Shown here one piece after another: positions 26,601 to 38,600 of a DNA stretch of 64,000 nucleotides (positions within the stretch are counted from its first letter, which is position 1; every line of letters starts with the position of its first letter). This DNA is from Bugula neritina (taxonomy: Eukaryota > Animalia > Bryozoa), in NCBI GenBank assembly GCA_964035545.1, contig OZ037768.1:18521700-18585699 (forward strand), given 5' to 3'. The notes under the pieces were generated by a model that saw only the letters and a list, made by a program, of their open reading frames with translations, was not told the origin of the DNA and did not search any database. Both the position numbers and the translations under genes were made by a program.

Positions 26601-29600
26601 ATGAAAAAAAATAAATATAACGCTTACCAAACGCTTAATACCTGAACATATTGAAAAGCGAAGCAAAAATTAAGCTTTGTCAGCTCAACGCAAAATAAAT
26701 GACACAATATCATGTTATCCAGTAATATAAAAGCTTAATTCAAGCAAAGTAATAGTCCTGTACCAAAAATACACTTGCAGAGATAGACAGATTTGTGATG
26801 ATAGTTCAAATCCCATCAATGAGTGTAAACCACATAATATTTAATAAATTGTTTTATATGTGAGTCATCTACTCATCACAATGAGATGATAACCCCAGTT
26901 GAATCTATCTACCTTTGCACATAGCTCACTCAATATAACATAGTAGTTTAAAACGCACAAGCAGCCATAAGCTAACTACAAAGCAGCTGACTGAAAAAAT
27001 AAACAGAGAGAATAACCTAGAAGAAAGTATACATTCGCTAAACCAAGTTCTAAAAAGCTGGGTACACAAACGCTTCAATAACATTTCAAATTTAAAAATA
27101 ATTCTGTAGTTGCAGTAAAGTTACCAAGTATCGATGGTCGACATACGACCAGTAACGCTATAATTACATACATACATATATATGTATACAAGACAGTAAG
27201 AAGAGCTCAATGTACAGCACATGCATGTCTAACTGCCTGGGAGATTGTCTAATTGGTTCAGCTGTTGGAAGAGAGGATTTGCTAAACAGCATAAAAGGTA
27301 TTGGGTCTCCTTACCATAAACTGTGACAGCCAGTTACTATATTATAGAATTAAATTAAAGAAAATAATACACAACTCTTAGAAATAGAATTGTCGTGTTT
27401 TCTTGCACAAAAACTTCATTAGTAACAAAAGAATGAAAGAAATAGAAACTTGCTCTGTGCGTTACCTCATTTCTAACTTTGAGCAAATTTAGTAGTGTTG
27501 AGTATTTGAATGAAGGTATTTCTTTCAGCTTCTCCTGATTTTCTGTGTTGCCAAGGACAATACAGGCCAAAGAGCAGGCAACTTCTACCTAAAAACAGTA
27601 TAAACCACAGTTGGCTAACAGTGTAGTTAGCACTGTAATGAAGCATATACATGGAATAGCTGAAACTATTTATTGCATAGACTATACAGCTTTCCAACAT
27701 CAGTAAAATTATACTGAGTTGAAATAATATTCGCATATAATGTAAAAGATAACTATCAACAATTTCACATAAACAATATATAACTACAAACAACCAGCTT
27801 AAAATAAATTAAAGTAGAAATTTTCGCTAAGAAGCTAATAAATTTAGTCTTCATAATCATCAAGACTATAGAATCGGCATATTTAGTCTAATACCTGAAT
27901 TTCTTGAGATGGGGGGTTAACCATGAGGCCCACAAGTACAGGCACAGCATTACCATCAGCTATTTTATTCTGTGCTTGTAAATTGTTTCTGTGTGCTACT
28001 CCTAAGATTGTAAAACACTCATATTTATAAATTTCATGACACACATGATTCTGCAAAACTTCAATTTTATAGGAAAATTCTGTGATGTATTCAAGTTTGA
28101 ACTGTATAAAATTATCTTGTCTTTAGATATATGAAAATTTGACATTATCTTGAATAAGTGAGGTAAAATTTCATGTATTTATGCAAAAATGCCAAGGTGA
28201 GAACTACACATTGAAATACTAGTGCATTAAAATACTGACACATTAGAATACTGACACATGCTGATACATTAGTATACTGACACATTGAAATACTGACACA
28301 TGCTGATACATTAGACCAAGTATAAGTCTCACCAATGCAGAGTATGCCAAGAGTTCTGATGGCTGTTAGCAGCACCTTTTCAGATGATTTGCTAGATTTG
28401 ATGAGTCTAACGAGAGGCTCAATACCGCCCTCCTCACACATCTGATTCTGGTATTCAACATTCTCTCTACATAGAGCCATCATTGCCATGCATCCTACAC
28501 ACACAGCGTACATTACATTGAGCTGTGTCAACACGTTATGGGTTTGTTGTTAGTTAAAGAGCCATACAATTGTAATTTACATTTTTACTAATTAAACAAG
28601 TAGATTAAAGTTTTTCTGCTTTACCATTGGCTGCAATCAAGAAAGTATGTCTACAGCAGACACCATACTCAACATACAGTCTCTCACCTACATACTGCAA
28701 AGATTCTGATTTCAGCAACAGCATGTCTATAATCTGTGTGACTCCTATTTTCTGTGCTATTAATAGCTGTTGTGGCTTGGTGTGGCCAGCAATAGCCCAC
28801 AGGGCACACGCTCCCTGCTCCTTCACCACAGTAGACCATATCTGTAAACATGTAAATATGGTCTGAGTAACGATATATAAATAAATTAAATACTGTGTGA
28901 AATAAACTATACAATCTATACATTATGTATATCATATTAACATTTATAAAAGTTCTCCTAAATAAAACTGTTTATTATTGGAGGATGGCTAAGAAATTAA
29001 AACGGTAGCTTACCTTTAATAAGCGAATCAGAAACCTTGGAGCTTCATAATCCAGGAACGCAGACTGGTTGACGGAGTTATCAGTGCACAAAGCCTCAAT
29101 AGCACTGGAGGCCTTCACTTGTACCGTCATGTTTCTCGCTTCAATAAGTCGAACTAAGGGTCTGTAAAATAAGCATTTCTATGGAAACTTGAAATTGTTA
29201 CCTCAAAAAGTAGATTTTTGGAAACTTTGGCAAGCAAAAGTGAATACATATTTTATCCATTACCTATATAAACAATAAATTAAAAACTCAATCTGAAGCA
29301 TATTTTATTATAAAATTCTAAAACACTAACTCTATGAGTAGCAGTTAGCCTCAGACTAAACTCAACACACCACACTTATGAACTGTGAGCAGTATAGGAT
29401 TTGTAAAACTTACTCAATGGCATTTGCTTCCCGAACTTTATTCTGATTTTCTTCATGATTAGCACATATCGCTGCCAGAGCAGCTGAGGCAGCGGCTTGA
29501 AGTATATCTACCAGGATTTACAGACATACACAGTGATAACAAGCTACACTATAGAATGCATTCAAATCAGCATAATCAATTGTCAACATAGAAGACAACT

Positions 29601-32600
29601 CTTCATTTAATTTTGAGAAAATGAACTCTTATTTATTTATTTTTCATAACTTGTTCTCAAACTAGCATAACCATGCTGGCAGAAACACTGAACAACCATA
29701 GAATGCAAAATAAAAAATTCAGCATTTAAAAAAATTCTGACATTGTTTAGACTTTTAGTATCCTGTGACACAAAATAAATGCATGAATGCATATAAAATG
29801 AGATAAAAACTCAATCAAGTCAAATCATGGTGGCTTACACATTTCAGTTGAAATTTAAAAGGGCAGAATTAGTGGCAACAGATATAAAGAGTATTAGCGC
29901 TAAGATAGTTCACAGGGTACATAACATACAGTTCATATTCAGAGTAAGTGTTGTGTGCCAATAATTAGAATAGAGATGCCCATTATACATTATATGCTAC
30001 ATGCAGTTAATTAGGCAGAAGTTATCAATTTCAAAATCAGAATAAATGAAACTTTTACACAAAACACTTCAAATGCTAGCAGTCAAGAAGACCACACCTG
30101 AATCGTGAACTGAGAGAAACTCCACCAGAGGTACGAGAGCTCCTGTCTCCGCTATCTCTGATTGGTTCTCTTTGTTGTGTGCACCGAGAACTCTGAGAGC
30201 GTTGACAGAATTGACTAGAACGTCTTCCAGCTCTGACTCTAATAGTGTGATCTGCAGAACATAACTGTAATCTGCAGAACATGACTGTAATCTGCAGAAC
30301 ATAAATGCAATCTGCAGAACATAACTGTAATCCGCAGATATTATATAACCATATAAAACAGCTCACTTTATACGCAGTATATTTCTCAAAACAAAAATAA
30401 ATATGAATATGTAAACAGGAAAACTTACAGCACATTGCTCTATCAGAAAAGTAACCTGCATAAAAAGCTTATACCTTTGCTTGAAAGCAGTACAAAATTT
30501 CAAAATATATTTGATCTTTGAGCTGTTCCCTAAATCGATTAACTTAAAACAACGATCTGAATTGGTGTATAATCTTAGCAGAGATGGTATAGCACTTACC
30601 ACGAATAGTATAGCACTTATCAGAGATAGTATAGCACTTATCAGAGATAGTATAGCACTTACCATATATAGCATAGCACTTACCAGAGGCGGTATAGCAC
30701 TTATCAGATATAGTATAGCACTCACCAGAGGTGGTATAGCACTTACCAGAGATAGTATAGCACTTACTAGAGACAAATTAGCACTTGAAAGAAAAATTAT
30801 AGCACTTACCAGAGGCGGTATAGCACCCAGCCTAGCTAACTCAATCTGATTATCCCCAACGCAGGCTACATCAGACATGATGATAGCTGCACGAGACTGG
30901 ATCTCATCTTGTGGTGAACTCAGCAGGTCTATCAGAATCTTACAGGCTCCACACGCTGCCAAACCCGCTCTGATGTCATCTGTCAGCAGTCATTAACAGT
31001 CATTCAGAAAGCAAACAAACACTATGGGACACTTTTCATATGCCTCTTAATAAGGAGCAAAATTTATAACAAAATTCCTAGAATACAAACAAGTTACAAA
31101 GCTATTAGACATGATGTACCTTCTTCGGAGATGTTGCATAATACTGACGCGGCCACTGACTGGATATCTGGTCTATTTGACTGTAGCAGCTTCACAAGAG
31201 CTGGAATTCCCTCTAGAATATAACACCATGTCACTGTACATACACTGTATATACATTGTAAGTACATTTTGTATACACTGTACGTACCTAGAGTATACAA
31301 TGTAAACAATAAACATGCAGTGTATACACAGTGTATATACAGTGAATATACACTGCATATGCACTGTGTTTATACATTTAACACATAGAGGTTAAAGTTC
31401 TAGTATGGTAAAGCTAAGTTATGAGTCGAAATTGTGGCGGAGCCATTGGAATTACTTCTGTACGGCATTAGAAACAAATCCTTAGCCCATTTGAAAACAC
31501 CTAACTATTAGGGGTTCTCACAGGGATGAAGATGTTTAAACAGATGTACTTTCTTCATATAATTTGAATGCATAACAGAATATTGGTGGAGCATAAACAC
31601 ACTTCATGATAAACCATATTACATAACCTGCAATATTAACTACAATAGCTGCAAAGCAATTCTGATTTAAATGTTAAAAAACCTAAATAATCTACAGTAA
31701 GAGGTAATGTACTAAATATATAATAATAAAAATATTATTTTACTGTGTTATATGATGCAAAGATATATAAAACTTCCTCAACCGAGATATGAGTATATTA
31801 CACTCACTGTAATCTCTGATAGCTTTCCAGTACTCTTTGTTAGCTAGAGATAGAGTTTCCATGCACCGGACAGCTGAGTCTTGCATGATATAGTCTTGAT
31901 CATTGAGCATACCTGTGTAGTTTGGAGTTATACACACTTGAGTATGATTCATACATATAAGAATTCATGCTGGAAAACTAAAAACTTGTCCACATCGGGA
32001 GGGTTTTATAAAAAGTATGTACAGCCATTTCTAGTTGTCACTGTTTTCGGAAAGCTCGTGATGTTTTAATCAAGTATGCTTTATTATTTAAACCGTTTAG
32101 ATGATCAGATGGTACTTCAAAAAGTACAACAAATAGAAATTGCGTATTTATGTATAAATATATATATTTTTGTACAAGACTTAATATATATGCACCAGTA
32201 CTTCAGCAAGTGCTCTGCAAACAATACTCTATTCCTATATGAAAACTTTTCTCCTTCCCAGCAAGAAAACATCTGTATTAAGCACCCGCTGTCTCAATCG
32301 TTTGTCTATCATTGTGACCGATGGTTTTAACAGCCGGTAATTTCTAAAGAAAGTTCCAAAGAAGACAAACTTTTACAGCTTATTTATACATTGTCTGCTT
32401 GTTTCAACAAAGTTTTAACTATAAGTTTTAAACTCTTCCATCTCCTCCCATGTTTAGTAAGCCTTGTGAGCCCTCACTAGTAAACTGTGTGCCTATCGAG
32501 TTTTTTCACATAGTAATGTCTCAAAACAAATAACCACCTTGCACTACGAAAAAAAAGAAAGAAGCAAAGCTGGCATGTTGCAAATAGCATACATTTTTTA

Positions 32601-35600
32601 CCAGTTATAGGTTTTGCAAAGATGCTGTGTACTTACTAACTAAAACTGTCCATACAGAAATTCCTGGATGCACATTGCATATAAAGTAATCCAAAACATT
32701 GGTATGGAATCTGAGAGTGGCCAGATGAATGAGATTCTGCTGCTTCTCATTGGTCCGTAGTAACTCCGCCCCCAATGAAATCAGACAGCAGACAGACTCT
32801 AATGCCCCAGAACTAGCAGCCAGTAACATGGGAGTATTCTTATCTCTGCAATAAAATAGTGCTGCTGAAACAGCATGGCAATATACATCACGTATGTATA
32901 ATAAGGCAGTAATGCATGTGTGTAGTGACCTTTTCATTATAGGGTATTACATCTGTGCCTATTGCTCTAAAGATGCAATAATTTTACAATAGCACCACAA
33001 CTGTTCTGGTCTTTAACCAGCTTTAATGTTATTTTTCTACATTTAGTATTTCCAATAATTGTAATAACATGGTATATTATAAAACATGGCATAGGAAAAA
33101 TATTGAGATATTATTAATCCTATAATTATTCAAATGACTACTTACTCATTTTGAGTGATCAACTCCAGGAGCGTATTGTGTTTCCTCACCAACATCTTAA
33201 TGACAGGCACGTGGTTATAAAACGCTGCCTGGTGAATCGGCGCCCAGCCATTGTGGTCAATGACAAGTATGTTGGCATAGTTGGCGCACAGACAGGCAAC
33301 TGCATCTAAGGAGCCGCACCTTGCTGCTAGGTGAAGGGCAGTCGGACCTACAGTTGAAAGAATTAGTATTCATTTCAACATCGTACACATGCACTGTGCT
33401 AATCTAAATTGACATGTCTATTCATATCGATTTGAAAATTGATATAACTTGGTGAATACAAATATTTTCATCTTCTAGTTATTAACAAAGAATAAAAAGA
33501 ATACAAATAGTACGTGCTTTAAATCATTTCAGAGAGAATAATCATTTTAACCCCAGAATCATATATGCAGCTCTAAAACTAAAAACTAAAAAATAGAGGG
33601 GTGTTATTGAGAAAGCAACAACAAAACAGACCTGAGCCAACAAATACTGATAGCAAAGCAAATTATTGTTAACACAGTGCACAAACAACACTAAACCTCA
33701 CTGTATCATATACACTGAAACCCATTAATAACTTTTAAGATAATGAATAAATGTAAGTAAAATAGAATCAACAAAATCAATAAAATACTAAAAAATCTAG
33801 TATTTTATTAATTTTGTAACATGTGTGACCGAGATTTAAATTAAATAAATGGTTTTAGAATGACTAAAAGACTGTGAAGTATTGTTCTATTTTCTAAAAT
33901 TAAAATAATCATGATGAACCTATATTCATGCGCCTTTGCCATGCTGGACAGAAACCAAATTACAAACATTAATGTGCGAATACATCTACGGCTAATAAAT
34001 AATAAAACAAATGAGCTAGTTTTGTTGTGAGCAGCAGCCGTGATGACACAACTCCCATTACCTTGCCTAAACACAACAGATCTGCTATACTCATTAAATT
34101 GATCAGAGTCTTGATCAGTTGATGCTTCCGTTATACTATCATCACTTTCCTCCTTTTTCTGTGTGTTTGCTGAGTTTTAAATGGTACATATTATGTAAAT
34201 AAGCTCAAAGTTGAATAAAATTAATAAAGCAAGCGAACACTAAATTATTTAACTTTAACTGGAAGCAAAGGGTTATTAAAAGCTACTGTTAACTTATATA
34301 GCAATATTGTATTCTATTAAAAACACAACCATTCAACTTAATTTCAAATTTCAACATAAGCTACAATACAGCCTTAGTTCCCATTCCCCTGTGTGCACAT
34401 TAAATACTGGGCTATTGAATGATGCAACTTTTGGAAAACATAATTTTTTAAGAAAATTCAACTAAAATAGTTATGATTCATTACAGTAAAAAAATTAGGA
34501 TTTTTCTCACTCTCTATAAAAAAACCAAGCATCAGCAAGCGCATAGTGTTGTCTTGCTCCATTTCAAATTTTCAGCTAACAATGTAATGTACTCATGTAA
34601 AATTATATCCTTTATACCACCGTGTGCTCATACTACACAACACAGGCATTACCATATTTTAGAAATTACTAAAAACTTTAAAATTACTAAGTTTCTATAA
34701 ACAATTGATACAGCTGAGTTCAAGCAATCTTCTAAAACTAAAAACCTCAACTCAGAATAGTAAACTAGAAATTCTAAGGCTGGTAAAAGTATTTTTAGAG
34801 AAATAACTTAATTCCTTTTGCACCAATAGAAATTTAGATACTTCTAGTTAAGTAACTTATTTCCACATTAATACATGAATTTACCATTACTTTTATAAAA
34901 ACATATATGAAAATCATTTTTCAATGTTACACAACACTTGCTAATCTATAAAACTGATGATATTTGGAGAGCCGCACACCCGCTGCAAACTTGCTGCCAT
35001 TTTATGTTAGGTTCTTAGGCTTGTATTCACTAAAGCAGTTGCAACTCAAGCATAGCCATGTTATTTTGGAGCAAACATTTCTAGTGCAAATAAACAAAAC
35101 TTACGAGTAGAGTTTTCATCTCCATCGAGAAGATAATTACGACTTCCTAACCACATTGTATAGAATATCATATTATAATAATGGACATATCATATTTAAA
35201 AACATGTCATAAACATAGAACAAGATGTTACCTTAGAATATTTAATTATAATATAAATAAATGTATTTTTTTAATAAAAGCAGTATTTAACAGAAAAAAT
35301 AATAAATATTTGGTTTTCAAGATTACATAACTAAGCAAAGTCTTACCAATAGAAAGGACACTCTGATTCCTCCTTGCATTGACATCCATGGATTGTAGAA
35401 TCAGTTTAGCTATAATCTAAAATTTAACATAAAACAAAGTAGTATTATCTCATTTTCTAGATTACATCAAACACTATAATATAATGCCACATTGCCAACA
35501 GTACAGCTTACTTCACAACACTGCACCGGACTACAACATAGTGTACTATTGATTATGTACAATCTCATCACTCTTTACTGTTCCAACGACAATTCATACA

Positions 35601-38600
35601 TTACAGTACATGTACTACACAACCACACTATCTTACACTACAATACTACATCATACATACTACACTATCTACACTTCACTATACATGTTCCACTATTTAT
35701 GCTATACTACACCACTACACTACACAAACAATACTGTTCACATTATCCAGCACATACTAAGCTGTACATACTGCATAACATAGACTACAGTACAAAATAT
35801 TGTTTATCATATACTGTACATACACTTCATTACACTTGCTACACTGCACACACAATACTGTTTAGACTAGACCCGCCTACATAAACATACTACCAGGGAT
35901 GTAGTGGTACCCATACGCCGTATGGCCTAGAAGAAAATAGACTGTTCTAGGCCATACGCCCGTATGGGCATAATATTTTTGAAAGATGATTAGTGCACAG
36001 GATAGTTAGGGCCACTGAACTGAAACTATAACCCTGGAAAGGATTATAGTTCAATGGTTAGGGCATCCTCACTGAGAATATCATAAATTTCCGCTCACAA
36101 TCTAGTTTAAGTTCTTGTTATGTTAATGCTATGTGGGTGGTATGCGTGTTGCCTACTTGTGATTGTTTAGCCTGAGATTACACTATGAATAGTAAGCAGT
36201 CATCAACATTCCATCTTCTCATCTCTACATGTTCACTGAAGCGCGAAGTGCTGTGCATTGGTGATTGCTAAGGGAAAAATATTTCATTTCAGTGTGTAAA
36301 TCACTAATTTGTAGAAAATCTATGAAGGCTATTGAAAGGATAAAAAAATTTGCTGTGCATAAATTTCTCAGGTTTCCGACAGTGTTTGTTCTATTCCAAT
36401 ACCATACTTTCCTGCTGAGATATTTGGCAGATTTTGAAAAATAAACTTTTCAGATAAAATTGGCCAAAATGGGTAGTTTTTTGTCCATAACTTTGCAAAA
36501 AAAGTATTGAAAACTCGAAAAAGCAGGTGCTCTGAGGAACAGGAAGATCTACAACATGGTTTTTAAATTTTTATTCTAGCACAATTAGGCAGTGACAGCT
36601 AGAAGGTTTACCTTATATATCTTGTGTGGACTTGTATTTTGTCAATAAGCAATGGAATTTAAAAAAACCAACATGAAATCCAGAAATAAAATCAAAATGT
36701 CTTCAAGAAACAGTATCAGTTGTGTAGGAGAGGTTAACGGTCTACAGGTACTATGTCCACATTTTGCTCAAAAACCTAGCGTTATTACATTTTAATTATC
36801 AATGCAATGAGGTTTTGCAAACTGTACACCACCATAAGTAACCATTTATGTTTGATTGTACTAACATCTGGCTTTATATTTAATCATCTTCTAGGTTAAC
36901 ACATATTAAACCTGTCAAATTTTTTCATTTGGGGTATGTTTCCTTGATGTGTCTAGTGAAAGTTCAGGGGTTTTATTTTAAAACCAAGCTAACATACTCT
37001 TCTTGGGTGTGCTTTATTGTGTGTTAGAAGGTGTGATGGTATCTCCTTATGGTTTAGACTAATACTCTAATAAACTCCAATTAGGTTTTTAACCGATTTC
37101 TGCTTGCCAATGAGTTATCAATTCAAATTGCTCTTTATAAATAACAAACACACATTTTCTGATTTGCAATCTGCCTCTCTTCTGATCTATTATTCTTTTT
37201 CTGGGCACGTCAGTCTATTAGTTATTAAAAAAAAATCAGGTTGCATTTGGAGAGCACTTGTTACCTGCCTCTATCCTTCCATTTTTTTGAGATCTTCAGC
37301 AATTTTTCTGTATAATTTGGACTTGGTGCATGTCAGAACAAACCTAACTGCAGTTGAGTAAGACTACATTTAAGATTACAGTCAACAAGTATGGGACAAT
37401 ACTGAATATTTATATAGTTTGCAGCAATGTAGCTGGTATGGTATGAAAATAATAGTGAGGTGCACATTTCAACACAGATTTTTTCAGAAGAATTAGAATT
37501 CACAATGGCTTTAAATTGCATAAATTTGCATCAGAAGAGCCCTGAGGGCTTCGGCGGCCGGGGCGCTGCCCCGAACCCCGCCGGGGGCCTGGGCGGCCCC
37601 CTGGACCCCCGGCCTGAGAGTATGGCCTAGAATATTTTTGCCACTACATCCCTGCATACTACATGAATATTTTACCTGCGGCCTGTTGTTCATAGCAGCG
37701 TGATGTATCAGACTCAACCCATACTCATCTTGCTTCATCAGCTGAGACATCTGAGACTTTCTAGAGAGTTCTGAAAAGATGGACACCAGCCCTCTCTGAG
37801 CAGCCACCTTCAGACCAGCTGGAATATTCTAGAAAACATACCATAGTAAAATGAGAGTTGGTTACATACTTGCGAACAGCACTGGCCTTCTGCCTGCAAG
37901 GCTATAATATATGCATGGCAAAAATTCCACAGGTTATTAGATGGTTCTAAACAAATGTTGTATATATTATTTTGTCATAATTATATGTGCTTATATATCT
38001 TGTAAACTAATAATATGTAACCACCACCCAAAGTATAAATGTGGAGTAGACAATGCAGAGCAGAAGTTCCAGTTTGTGACAGCATGCGGAACTGAAGTAG
38101 CTCAACACTGAACACAAATCATAAAACGTTACGACACATCACATATGTATATGAGTATACTGCTTTAAGGGCAAATCTGTTGAATACTGCTTTAGATACT
38201 GCATTGGACAGTGCATTGAATTACTGTATTAAATATTGTATTGGATATGATAATAAAAGAGCAATAATGTAATCTGAACTCAAAGTAAGACACATGAAAG
38301 GTGTGAGGAAGATAGGAGCAGAAATCACTTAGCAACTTGTGTGCAATCAGCCATTTTGTAAAGTCTCCAAGAAAATAAAGCTGCTTTTATTTTATAAATT
38401 ATATAATACAAATAATTTTACTGCATGAATAATTTCCAGCTCATTAAATTAAATGTAAAACTCTGTTTAATACTTCCTACAGAGCAATATGCATTGGAGT
38501 TATTGTCACTACATCTATTATTTCTCTTCGTTCCAGTTAATTGGTGATGTACAAAGAGTTTGCTTTGAAATAAACATTTGCACAAAATTTAGAGCAGAGA

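Noticed and set aside
30250-30826. CRISPR-like array or a 199-aa membrane protein (ORF 30363-30962)
   Set aside because: The repeats are head-to-tail with no unique spacers, in eukaryotic intron context. The ORF is an ANKAR exon reading into the repeat.
35492-35884. 130-aa His/Tyr/Thr-rich ORF
   Set aside because: Translation of a degenerate TACAC repeat. The same applies to ORFs at 8261, 38996, 39225, 46956 and 63132, which translate other simple repeats.
36611-36626. CCTTATATATCTTGTG as inverted partner of CACAGGATAGTTA inside the hAT element
   Set aside because: Short imperfect match with no flanking duplication.
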